Assembly: GCF_026210795.1 (NCBI RefSeq)
Contig: NC_089435.1
Coordinates: 2,604,001-2,668,000, forward strand
Direction: 5' to 3'
DNA: 64,000 bases
Source: Rhizophagus irregularis
Taxonomy: Eukaryota
Part shown: in pieces, positions 1 through 12,263 of the stretch
Numbering within the stretch: the first letter of the stretch is position 1
Layout: each line of letters opens with the position of its first letter
Program-made: the position numbers and the translations under genes
The notes under the pieces: model-generated
Database searches by the model: none
Seen by the model: only the letters and a program-made list of their open reading frames with translations
Told to the model about the DNA's origin: nothing

Positions 1-1023
1 CATAAACCAACTACTTTAATTATTGGATTAATGCAAGAAGATAAACGTGCTAATATCACGCGTGAAAATCTTACTATAGGTTTCGTTGTATTAAAAGTTG
101 AAGAGAATAGAAAATATCGTATTCATAAATCAACTTTTGACGTGGCTGGTCGTGTTACTTATATTAATACCAGAGAAGTTACTGCGAGAATTGCATTAAA
201 AAGTGGTAATTACATTCTCATACCAAGCACTTTTAATTATGGTGATGAAGGACATTATTTTATGAGAATGTTTTCTGGCAATAGGATTAGCATTAAGAGA
301 TTAGAAAAAGATAAGCCCAAGAAAAAATGGTGGTATCCATTGATTTATTGGGGAAAGAGTTACTTTGTTGGTACGATAAGAATAAAATTATTAAGTGTTA
401 ATCTAAAAAGATATATAGGAAAAGCGTACATAAAAATCACTTTTGCTGATTTAAATGGTAGAATTAAACAGAGAATAGTTTCTCCTAAATTTATTACTAA
501 TGATGATGATGATGATGGTGGCGTAACTGATATTCTGACGGAATATACATTTTTTACGAGAGATCCTTCTACTGCTGGTTTGTTATTTCAATTATATCAA
601 AAGAATACTTTTTCTAAAGACAAATTATTGGGCGAAATGCGTTTATTAACTGATTCTTATTCAAAAGAAGAAAAAGTAAGTAAAATGTGGGAAATAACTA
701 AAACTTTTACAAAGACTGTCAAAATACCTAAAAGTTATTTAACGAGTAATACAACTACGACGGAAACTGAAGGTGAAGTCTCACTGGACGAATGTGATGA
801 CGTTGATAAAAAATCGGAAAAAACTGTTACAAGAATTAGCGCCAAAATGAATGGTGATCGTAGCGTTAAAAAAAGTTCACGAAATGATAATAAACGACGA
901 AAGAGAAATGGAAATGGACATAAGAAAGGTTTAAAAAGTAAAGATTTCGTACCTCAACTTATTGATGCAAATATTGGTGAATTAAAAGTAAGAATAATTT
1001 ATTATCCAGATCTTAATTCTTGA
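1..1023 (+). CDS. 3' part of a calpain-5/Tra-3-like protease (domain III followed by a C2 domain); 5' truncated by the window edge
   Basis: Frame is open from base 1 (HKPTTLIIGLMQEDKR...). ENLTIGFVVLKVEENRKYRIH...YINTREV...GNYILIPSTF...G.YFMRMFS is calpain domain III and resembles CAPN5 as I recall it. It is followed by a C2-like region (IRIKLLSV...AYIKI...FQLYQKNTFSKDKLLGE). No penta-EF-hand region. Confidence 0.85.
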   Translation, partial: HKPTTLIIGLMQEDKRANITRENLTIGFVVLKVEENRKYRIHKSTFDVAGRVTYINTREVTARIALKSGNYILIPSTFNYGDEGHYFMRMFSGNRISIKRLEKDKPKKKWWYPLIYWGKSYFVGTIRIKLLSVNLKRYIGKAYIKITFADLNGRIKQRIVSPKFITNDDDDDGGVTDILTEYTFFTRDPSTAGLLFQLYQKNTFSKDKLLGEMRLLTDSYSKEEKVSKMWEITKTFTKTVKIPKSYLTSNTTTTETEGEVSLDECDDVDKKSEKTVTRISAKMNGDRSVKKSSRNDNKRRKRNGNGHKKGLKSKDFVPQLIDANIGELKVRIIYYPDLNS

Positions 1024-1323
1024 AATTTTTAATAGGACAATAATTTTCAATAGGACAATAAGACACTATTTATTTATAACTTTACTGTTTTATATTTTGT
1101 ATATTATAATTTTTTTTTTATTTAATTTGTGTATACTGTATATATAAGTTAAATTATGATATATAATAATTTAATATTTATTTAAATTTGGGAGAAATAT
1201 TTTTTTAAAAAAAATCTAAAATTTCACGTAATATTTTATTTTGTCGAATGTAATTTAAGTTATTACTAATATTATTATATTGCTCATTAGTCCCAGAGTC
1301 CCGGAGCGTGAACGTACCAGCAT

Positions 1324-1411
1324 AGTTATTTCACGGGGAACTGTGGATATCAATGATTTTCACGGCGCAGTCGTGAAAATCATGATATTCCAGTGACTCC
1401 GTGAAATAACT
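1324..1411. repeat. 88-bp imperfect palindrome, possibly a Crypton-type element terminus
   Basis: AGTTATTTCACGG (1324-1336) pairs with CCGTGAAATAACT (1399-1411). The inner arms ATGATTTTCACG / CGTGAAAATCAT flank GCGCAGT. Confidence 0.75.
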
Positions 1412-2142
1412 GATTTATCCCACGGTTCCTAGTTAAAATTTGTTTTTTTTTCTTGATATTCTCACGGGTGATGTTTATTTAAAGATAGGTAAAAAGTCTA
1501 TCATTATTAGTCAAAATAATTATATTAAAGGGCTTTATGGTATGGATCCCATGTGATAAATAAATTTAACTAAATTTATATTTTCTTTTCACCAATTAAT
1601 CGTCATATTCGAATATCCGATGTACAACATAAGAATTATAATATTGAATAAATTCAGTAATGTCTTCCTTACTCGCAATTAATTAGTTTCATATTGTATA
1701 CTTTCATGTTGTATGCAGCATTGTAAGGTTTAAGAATTTGATCGCCATGTGTTTGAAAATCCTTTTTGCCAATAACGGTACAACGTTTATTCCATTCTAC
1801 CACAGTCGAAAAATTCTTATCCGAATCTTTTACTAATCTGTTAAATAACCGTGGAAATTAGAATTTTTTCTCGAAAAAATCCTGTGAAGCACGTATTATT
1901 TCTCTTATACTAAATATATAAACGTCATTATTAGCATCTTTATTTTAATTCCGATAAACTAAATTTAAGGTTGTACGTTGCACATGTTATGTAGGATCTT
2001 AAGGATCAATTCAATTTTTTTTAAAATAAAAGATTGTCACTCCGAAAATATCATTTATATTATATAAGACTTATGTAAATAATTTATTTTTTTAAAAAAA
2101 AAGAGGAAGAAAATATATTTATACATTTAACAAATTGAAAAA

Positions 2143-2808
2143 TTAAGAAGCACAATCTTTACATTCTTCAGTTGTCTTATTATCACTGTTATTATCGTTA
2201 TTATTCGCGGTATTAGTAGTAGTTGCTTTAGCACCATCCTTTTTATTTGCATCACTATGACCAAGTTCCATATCAGGAGCAATTTTATTTCTAATAAGTG
2301 TTTTCTATAAAAAAAAAAAAATAATTAATTAATTAATTAAATTAATTAAAAATTATTAAAACTTTCCGACGTAAAGACGATAAATCCATATCTTAATATC
2401 TTACCAATTCTTTCATTTCAGGAAATCTTCCTGCTTGTTTACGATCCCAAATAAGTTCTAATTGTAAAAAATAATTTTAGGTTGAATTAAATTATTTAGA
2501 CATACATAATTAAATTATTATTTCATTACCTCCATCGACATGAACTTTGAAAACAGCGCTAGAACCAGGAATTAAAGCTACTTCACCAAGAAGTGTACTA
2601 AAAGTAATTAATAATTCTTGTGCCATCCATCCTGCACGTAATACCCTAACAATAGAAAATCTTTGATTTATACACAAATATGATATTTATACGAAAAACT
2701 TTTTTAGACATACCAACGGCACTGAACACAATATTCGATTGAAACACGCGGTAAACGAGGTTTAGCTGCATCTTGTTCAACGGTTTGAGTAGATTGTGTT
2801 GATGACAT
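2143..2808 (-). CDS. Rdx-family (SelW/SelT/SelH-like) thioredoxin-fold protein, Cys form, 4 exons
   Basis: Manual splicing at GT-AG introns gives MSSTQSTQTVEQDAAKPRLPRVSIEYCVQCRW-VLRAGWMAQELLITFSTLLGEVALIPGSSAVFKVHVDG-ELIWDRKQAGRFPEMKEL-KTLIRNKIAPDMELGHSD...EECKDCAS*. The IEYCxxC, WMAQELL and WDRK..G.FP motifs are characteristic of the family. Not in the ORF track. Confidence 0.9.
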
Positions 2809-2980
2809 TCTTAAAATTTTTAAGATAAAATTATTATTCTTTATTTTAAAAGGAAAGGGAGTTACAAAAAGGAGCCTTCAAATTTATATTTAATTAAGTG
2901 ATACATGTACAACAAAACTAGTATAAAAGATAAGAGATAATCTCCGGTTTTTCCGCTAGTATAATTTATCTATTTATAGA

Positions 2981-3714
2981 TCAAGGTCCTGCAATTTTGA
3001 CTCCTCGTAATATCTCATCAGTTTTTGTTTTGATAGATACATTCAACATTACACATTCGTTATCATAATCGAAATACCTCTTCCATCTAAACCCATAATT
3101 GTTAAATCTTTCGATAAAATGTGATTCACATCTTTCGTTGATTTTCCTATTTTGAAGCAAATTATACCCAACTTCATTAAAATTATCAAACATTCTATGA
3201 TCCAATTCACAAGGGATCTCGTGGATAATATATCCTTTTCGGACAGGGGAAGAATGTTTATAAAAAGTAATGGAAATTTTTGGTGACCGTTCTAGTGTTT
3301 GAATGGATTTAATAAGAATATAATGAATCGTCATGATAAAAGCATCAATTGCTTGAATTGCCTCAGATTGTGCCATTGTTGGCGAGACTGAAGAAAAAAA
3401 AAAGAAAAGAAAAAAAAATTATTTCAGAATCATTAATAAATGTCATAAATAAAATTCTAGTTTTGTTTTTATACCTCGCCAATAATCTTCAAGCTATTTT
3501 TTTAAAAAAAAATAAAAAAAATGAGAAAATAAAAAAGTTAGAAATAACACGAAGGATAAATCGTTTTTTTAAACAAACGATAACTTACGTTAGTTTGAAT
3601 ATTATCAAACATAGAGAATTTGGGAGTCAAACTAATAAATCCAGGTTCTTCTTGAGCGATTGAATTTAGGTCATACGACCAATCTTCACTATTAGAATAG
3701 TATATATCTGACAT
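2981..3714 (-). CDS. Hypothetical protein, 3 exons (~183 aa)
   Basis: ATG at 3714 (MSDIYYSNSEDWSYDL...DNIQTN), micro-exon LEDYWR, then VSPT joining in frame to the 2981-3376 ORF. Splice phases are consistent. Confidence 0.65.
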
Positions 3715-3952
3715 TAATTTTTTTTTTCGTGAAAAAAAAAAATTTTTACAATAAAAAAAAAAGGATAAAGGTTACATATATAGACATGAAAAATATTTTA
3801 ATTGTTTAATTAATCTTTTATATGCAGAGTTTATTTTAACTGATAAAATCCTTAAATTTCATTACACAATTACTTAAATATTTTATTTGCATTGTTTGAT
3901 TACTGATTAAATTATGATATTTGTGTGTAAAAAAAAAATTGTCATATTTTAT

Positions 3953-4691
3953 TTATCTGTTCAAGGATAATTCAATTGAGTTAGTCCAGTGAATACTCCA
4001 CTCAGACATTAATGATTGATTATTTTTTTCATTACAAATACAATGAACTAATTCATCCGGTATTTTTAGAATATTCTTTTGTATAATTATTCTTATATTA
4101 CGTACTCTTTCGTCGAAATTTATTTCTCCGACTTTATTATTATTCTCTTGTTGTTCTAGTTGTTCTATAAAATTATCAGAATATGGACATTGTTGCCAAT
4201 TCTCCATTATAAATTTCCATACTTCGAATAAAATTTTGTATATATCTTTTGTATTCAAATACGGTAAAACTTTTCCAACTTCTGTCATAGGATGTCGAAT
4301 ATCCCCGGCCTATCATTAAAAAGACGTATTAATAACAAGAAAATAAAATACGTAAGAAATTAAGTTTAAACTTACTTTACGCATTGAATCTATTAATCTT
4401 ATGGAAGCATCTAATTCTAAACTACATTTTCGTGGATCTGATTTTTGAGTTAAATACCAAAACTGTATATTTTCTGCAAAAAGTGGCCGAATCAAAACGT
4501 CATGAAATTCTCTATATTTTTCGTGTTTCACTGCAATACAATAAATGAAAATTATTATTTTTCTTTTCTAATAATAAAGAAAAAGTTATAATAAAAGAAA
4601 ATGACGTACCATTAGACAAATAATCAAGTAAAATCCAATACTGAGGATGAGATTTGAAGACTTCATTTAATATCCAATCACTTTAATTTTC

Positions 4692-4726
<35 letters not shown>

Positions 4727-6156
4727 ATTATGATTTTACAATGGCAGAACAGGAAATGAAGCAGACGTAATATTATTTACCGAGATTTTACTAATCTAGT
4801 TCCCTTTGGTATAATTGCATGTGTTTCCACCGAAGTTGGTGGTTCTATAGTTGTAAGTTTGTCTGTGAGTAGCTGGATCAACTCGTTGGCTCTCTCATTA
4901 TCGAATGCCAATAAATCTAAAATAAATTTTTAGTTTATGTGAATATTTTTTAATCCAAATCTATAAAATTTATAAACAACCTATCACCTGATCTCATACA
5001 ACACATCTTAATTAATGTTCCCGTATTTATTGCATTTGATATATAACGTTTTTCTAAAGGACTTAAAAACAAATTGACAAGAGTTTCTTTTTATTTTTTT
5101 TAAAATAAAAATAAATAAACAAACAATTACCTTGTTTCACTGTTTGCAAAGTTAAATTGCCATGAATTCTTATTTCTCAGTTCATTTGTTACTTGTTTCT
5201 TGAATGTCCAATTTTTACGATAAAGTTTAAGTCTTGGTCGATAAACTACTTTACGATCTACGAACGATTTGTTTTTATCAACAATCAATTCAGTTGTCTT
5301 CAGCACTGACAATTCCCTTTGTATATTCATTTTCAATTCTGAAATAATTTTCGGGGATGATTTTGCCGGATCCCAGAAACGTTCTCTTTCAGGATTGGTC
5401 CAAATCTCATTCATAATTAAATTTGATATAGATAAAAACGCATCTGAATCTTTTGATAAAGTAGCGAATATAACTTGCAAATAAGATATAATCTTGTCCC
5501 ATTGAATATTTTGTCGATTATTATTGACTTGTTTCTCCATCACAAGGAACCAAATGTTGACCAATTCATCAAGACACTTCGCTAAATTGCCCGCTTTCGT
5601 TTTTCGTGCAAACTGTGAACTGTATAATAAAAGTGATAGAACCCACTGTATATCCGTTTCTAAATTATCACCATTATATGAATTTAAGATATAATGCAAA
5701 TTTTCTAGCATGATATGAAATGATTGTCCAAGAGTATCCAATATGGTCTTAGAAAGATCGCTTGTTACAAGTGAAGATTGAATAAATTCTGTTAATTGAA
5801 GATTTGAAGTTTCCGAATCCAAAATAATAATATAAACTATAGATTGACACATTTTCGTGAATCTTGTATCATTCTCATTAGTAATTTTGGTCTTTTTCAT
5901 TGCATTTTCCAAAGATGTTCTAAATGGTAATGAATAAATAAATAATTCGATGGATTGTAAGAATTTTTTTTTATTAACTCCACACTTACTTTATTATGTC
6001 ATTCCATTTATTATGGAAAGACGTTAAAATTTCGCGTATCTGATCAATTCGTTTAATCACAGAATCATCAAACATAGGAATTTTTGAAAAATCCATTCTA
6101 ATAAATAATTGCTCTATCTTTTCGATTGCATTTTGCTTTCCCTGAAGTTCCATCAT
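3953..6156 (-). CDS. INTS5: Integrator complex subunit 5-like protein (INTS5 C-terminal region), 7 exons
   Basis: Seven phase-consistent exons join ORFs 5127-5912, 4316-4531 and 3953-4288. The C-terminus RDWILNEVFKSHPQYWILLDYLS...VLIRPLFAENIQFW...LDASIRLIDSM...PMTEVGKVLPYLNTKDIYKILFEVWKFIMEN...IRIIIQKNI aligns colinearly with the animal INTS5 C-terminus as I recall it (RDL.I...F...P.L..LL; VLLRGLLA.LL.HW; LEAS..LV.VM; EVF..L...EV..LL..VW.FL.E; LH.VL.RNI). Confidence 0.7.
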
Positions 6157-7152
6157 TATTTCTAAAGATAGAAAGAAAGTAACAAAGAAATTTATAATAA
6201 TGTCGATGTGAATTAAACGGTGGAAGCAAGAAGTACAAATCCCATGTAAATCACAAATATTTATAGAAAATTAAGATAATCACGTGAAAATGTCAAATGC
6301 ATATTAAACTAGGATAATTTGTCACATATGCGCATAACATAAATAGCCTTTTAAGAGTAAATCAAAGTGACAAATTATGCGGTGATATTCATAAAAATTT
6401 TTTGGCTGTTAAAAATATATAAACTGAGAATCCCATTTTTGCCGTGGAGAAAAAATTTTTCTGCTCCTCCGTTGTTAATGAATTAGCTTGAAGTTGAAGG
6501 GCTACAAATTTTGGCTACAGCTTTTTTATGTTCAGTTTGATCGTATTTGATTGATTTTGATCTTGTATAAGTCAAGAAACGTAGTAACTTAGAAGTTGAC
6601 CGAAAATCTAGTTTTTTAGTAAGTTGTTAATAAAGCTTTGCATTTGGTTTGTTAGTAGTATATTATACAAACCTTTCACTTGATAATTCTTTTGTAGTTC
6701 TTTTAGTAGGGTATTAAACTTAAATTTAAACCAAAATTAAAGTGAGAACTTCTGAAATAATAGGTTTCGAAAGGCGCAGTTTTTTTAATTTTTTTTAAAA
6801 AAAGATTTTATCAAAATTAATTTGATGACATGATTTTATATTTTCAGATCAGAAACTTTTTGAGTGGGATACTGTAAATTCACAGGTGATTATAGATTTA
6901 AGGACGTTATTTTTTTGGAAAGAATATTTATTATTTCATTTATTAAATAACTGCGGTAGTTACGTTGATTTAATTTCATATTGTTATTTTTGATCTTTAA
7001 AAACTATATTTTATTAATATTATCCGATATCTTTGGGTTCGATCAAATTTTTTTTCAATGTATTTAATAGTGTTAATTTACGCGGGTTTCAAGTGTATTT
7101 ATGATCTTCGATATTTGATTAAAGATCAGGTACGGTATCGACTTAAAAAGAA

Positions 7153-10117
7153 ATGGATAGGAGATCTTGGCGAAGAAGCAGCACTCATTCATCATCATCG
7201 TCATCAAGATCATCAGAGTACGATATCTTTTTACTACATTATTATGTCTCTAAGATAAGTGTCTTATAAGCGAATATTTTTCATTTTTATACATATATAC
7301 AACTTTAGCGTACAACGACGTATTACTAGGTCTCTCGCTAATTCAAGTCAACAAGCAAACCAAGAAATAGGTGAAAACGTGCCCGATCATTTAAGATACT
7401 TTTACCGAAGTAGACATATAAGTATGAGTAATGCCATCGAAAATGCCATCGAAAATGCCATCGATAATTACGAGGCTATGGATATTGATGAACCAGAACA
7501 AATGGAAATATCTTCAGAAGTTATGAGTAGAGATAATGCGGATACTGGTGAGTTAATTATTTTATTATTTAATATTGAAGGATGATTAGATTCGACGAAA
7601 ATCATATCGAATTTTTTCAATGAATAATTTGTGTGAATGGAATAGATTAAAATATTTGAATAATAATTTCCTATAATTGTATGTAAAATCATTACATTTT
7701 GTAACATATAATTTTAACATAATTTATATTTCATAGAATCCAATATAATGAGTATAGATCAACCTCTTGATGTGGAATTTAATTCAGATGGAAATGAAAT
7801 TGAGCAAGATATCCATTATGATGGAGAAGAGAATGATAGTGATACTGGAGATGAAAATATTCATGACCATAGCGAAGCAACACACGAAAATGAGCCACAA
7901 ATTATAAATCCAAATGTTTTCTTACCTCCTGACATCAAAGAACTTTTAAAATCAATATCTCGAACAGAATGTAACAGTGAGCAATTGGGCAGGCTCGCAG
8001 GTTTTTTCCTAATACTTGATAGATCCGTACTTAATAATTGGAATCTTGATTTACTGGTTCAAAAATTGTTAGCTATAGTTCAAAAAACTGCAAATAGTGA
8101 TTCTATGCCTTCAATTGAAGCCTTAATGTTGCAGCAATTTGAGCCAGAAGTTTTACGCCAATTTTTGGAGCGTGATATGTATCAAGGTGGTACAGGAAGT
8201 GATCCGAATGTTATAACGATGGCAAGTCGATGTTTAGGAAATTTGGTGTTAACCTTGGGTGATAGCTCTGAGCGTATGGTTGGGCGTGCTATCAGAGAGG
8301 AAGCTATTCCTGTGTTATGTAATATTTTAACAGAAGGGCCGCGTACTTATGATTCAGAATATTTAAAAGATATAATAATGGTATGTTAATTAAAGTAATA
8401 ATAAACGATCAAAAATGAGCATTTTCAATTTAATTATATTCGAATCATCATTTATTTATTTATTGGAATTAGGCATTGTATAATTTTTCCAAACCTACTT
8501 TTATCGATTGTACAGAAAGTATTGTCAAGAAAGATGTTTTCAAAAATATAATGGAAAGTATCCTTCCTTTCTTAATCGATGAGGATCGTGTTTTACCATT
8601 GAAACTACTAGCAAATTGTACTAGTAAAGCTCCTCGACGTTATATTAAAAAGTTATTATCCGAAGTTTTCAACACAATGGACTTTCAGGCATTATTTGCC
8701 GATCATGAAATGCCTGAAGTTACTAAATGGTGCTGTGTTAGTTTAAGTTCTTTAATAAGTCGACACAATGAAGATGTTGAATCTTTATTGGTGTTATCAA
8801 GTCCAGAAGTAATTAAGAATATTACTTATCGTATGAAACAATTTGAGTAAGTAACGATTTATTCTTTTAAAAATTTTCCTTAATTTTTAATTTTATAATG
8901 TACAATTTTTATAAACAATTTTTCTTTTCAATACCATTAAGTGAATATAATCAGTTGAGAATGTGGAAAATGTTCAGTATTTTAATAAATAAATCACGTA
9001 GAATAACAAATACACTTATTGAAAATGGAATAGTTAAGGCCTTATTCGATGTGTTATCGAGGAAAAGTATAAATAATCCCGAGAAGGATCAAAATGAAAA
9101 TGAATTTGTTAATAATGTTAATCCTAATCCCAATGCCAACAATGTTAATACCAATGGTAACCCAAATGGAAATGATAATGGTAATGGCAATGGTACAGAA
9201 CGACGTAGAAACGTAGAAGATCTTTATTCTGAATTGCCGATTGATAGTAAAACTAAGGAAATAGTGACTGAAGTTAATGCAAAACTACGCTATAGATATG
9301 TAAATATGGAACCAATCAAGCTTTATATGCAAGTTTGCCAATTTATTTTGTCATTATTTCCTGATGTACCGGATCCAGGAAAGTTATATCTCATGTTTCC
9401 GGATGGTAAAATTAGCCATCAATGGTCATCCGAAGGTTAATATTATTTATTATTTTAAGTAGCTAATTTAACAATGTTTTTGTCGAATTATTTTTAAATT
9501 TTATTAAATTTTTATTAGATTGGTTAGACTTAGCGATGACGGTTGATCCTGGCAATACGACTACGACTTCACAGCCAATATTGAACAAACAAGCAAGACT
9601 TTTTGCAATTGTGATAATACCAACATTATTTAAAGCGTATCGTGCTTCAGAAAGTTGGGAATTACGTAAATTAATTATGATGTGTATATTAGCATTTTTG
9701 ATTTATTATCCCGAAGATCTATTATGCAATATTTTTGAGGTTTGTACTCGTACTCATTATTTAATTCAAAAATTATTGAAAATTTTATTTATTAATATAT
9801 GTATTTATATATTTATTTAGTATTCACATATCGAGAAGTTCCTTTCAAATATTTTCTTTACTAGTTCTAGCGTAAAACAAGAACATGAAGAAAGTGAAGA
9901 GGACAAAGATAGTACTTACATTCATGATGTACGTACGTATGCCGAAGACTTACTCATACAAATTATCCTTAGGTGGAATGATACTTTCACAGCAGCTTTT
10001 GAGAAGGAATGTATTTATGAGGTGTATGAAGCAATTCTTGAGAAATATCAACAAGAATTGAATATTAAAGAACAAAATGATGATGCAGCTAATTTAACGA
10101 ATGGTATTGTCGAATAA
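7153..10117 (+). CDS. TRIP12/Ufd4-like armadillo-repeat protein without a HECT domain, 7 exons
   Basis: ATG at 7153 (MDRRSWRRSS...). Phase-consistent exons link ORFs 7259, 7748, 8476, 8898 and 9536, and a last exon 9821-10117 ends in TAA. DPNVITMASRCLGNLV...AIPVLC, LKLLANCT, IPTLFKAYRASESWELRKLIMMCILAFLIY and FTAAFEKECIYEV resemble the TRIP12/Ufd4 N-terminal ARM region. Confidence 0.7.
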
Positions 10118-12263
10118 TTTGTTAAGTGTAAGTAAATATTATGGGACTCTTTAATTAAGATAAGTAAAAAAAAAGATTCTATTTTTGAACATTAAAGAAA
10201 AGAGTATAAAAAAAAGAAAAAGGCCATATTTGTTAGGATTTTTTTGTTCTTTGTAAATAATTTTTTTTTTTTACTTTTTCACAAGAAAGGTTGAGAAGAG
10301 AAGAAAAGAGTATTTTATTAATTTACTAACTTCAAATTATTTATTAAATTTGATGAAAATGTATTCATGAAACACGGAAAGATAACGTACATAATGTATA
10401 ATTCTATGTTATTAAAAATAAATAAAAAATCATATTGATAAATTTCACGTGAAACTAGTAATCACATGTTATATATTAATCTTGTGACTTGTGAGTCATG
10501 TGATTGATTCAAGTGTGGGATGAGCGGTTACACCATTTTATAAATTGAATAGTCTTCTTCGTCAAAGTCGATGTAATTCATAACTTTGAACAACTTCCTA
10601 TTATTTACATTTCAAATTCCGATAAAAATATTCCAAATAAATCTCACTTTCTTGTAACTCCTTTTTTTTAATAAAAAAAAAAGCGAATTGCCAACTCAAT
10701 TTCTAATATTGAATATTTGAATCAAAGTCATTGAGTTTTAAAGATTCGGATTTTAATAGGATAATACGTGTAATGAATTTATTCACTGTTGGTCGAAATT
10801 TATTATGTTTAATTTGTCCAAACATTTTAATTTCTTACAAGTTATGGTCATCTATAAAACAAATGCATTCCAACAAAGGAAAGATATGCATTGTCCTAGA
10901 CGAAGATAGATAATCCGATAATTACAAAAGGAAGGCATAATTGAAAGAAACTTTATATAATCTATGATGATAACATAGATGCAGCCATTCAACATAATTA
11001 TGTTAAAGAGGCATAACGGCTCACGATTGAGGTAATACGGATGCGCCTCATCACTGATTGGTGAAAGGTAGATATATACTCATAAAGGAAATGTTGAAAT
11101 ATAATATATGTGTGTTGAAAAGAGTAAGAAACAAAGACGTGGTCGATAATAGAAAATAATATAAAGTTAAAAATAATAATGAGAGACGGTAGTTGTGACA
11201 AATACTATATTACATTAAGATCGTCAACGCACGCAAATTTACCATAAATAAAAAAACCCCAAAACTGTTATAATAACGGTTGACAAATAATGTTATTATA
11301 ATATATAAATGAAAAACCTTAAATGGAAAAATTATGTGTTTTAGAGTATAAATAACATTTTTTAAATAAATGAATTTTATGAATTTTAAAATTAAAGTTT
11401 ATTATTACATCATATTGATTATCCTAAATTACTTTTTGTGTCGATCGTAATGAGAAAAAAACGCCATCATGCATATTGGAAGACCACGTTAATTATTAAT
11501 GTCTAATAACGCCTTTTTCATGCAATAAGGAATTTCTGATTTAGGCATCATTTCAATGTTAATTTTAACTCAATGTCCTTATTTATGGTTATTATATGTT
11601 ACGCTGTCGTTAATCGTTGCATTGTTAACGTTTCCTATTAAAATTGGATGTTATACAGATAACCTAATTTTGTAGATAATTACCTGGCTGAATCATTCTG
11701 CATCGAAAAAAAAACAAAAAATCGAATTTAATTAATTTTGAATTACTAGTGAATTAAATTACTAATCACAAAAAAGGACTCCTTCAATTCCTTTTGTAAC
11801 AATCGGATTACTTTCATTTACTATTCTTTAACGGAATATACGGAATGAATCATAAAAAAAAAAGAGATACCAGATATGATGCTTTTATTACCTACTTTCA
11901 ATTAATTACTTAAATAGTTTTAGAGTAACTTTATTTGTGATGACTAATATTCATATATTCTCTTTAATTCTTTTCTTTAATTGTAGTTTTTATAATACGA
12001 CATTCATCGAAATTTTACGATAAGATTCTTTAAGTATTTTCCATTTCTTATGTGCAACGCGTTCAATATAGGAATAATTAGAATGAATGTCGGTCATTGA
12101 TATTTTGTGTATGAAAGGAAAACATTCATTGCAAAGTAAATATTTGTGCCATAATCGTTTATAATGGATTGAAATAATTTATAAATTGGATTGTGATTCA
12201 TGAACCTTTTTTTTCTGTCCAAAACATCGATAAAAAAAAAAAAATTTAGAATATATTTTCAAG

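Noticed and set aside
2700..2740. Possible selenoprotein (Sec-TGA) in the Rdx gene
   Set aside because: Both active-site codons are Cys (TGT, TGC) and there is no in-frame TGA.
7430..7465. 12-bp triple repeat AATGCCATCGA(A/T) encoding NAIE
   Set aside because: Ordinary in-frame slippage in a disordered N-terminal region.
10731..11820. Short ORFs and coding-like patches between the ARM and TRP genes, considered as missing HECT exons
   Set aside because: Stop-ridden, with no HECT motifs and no consistent splice path.
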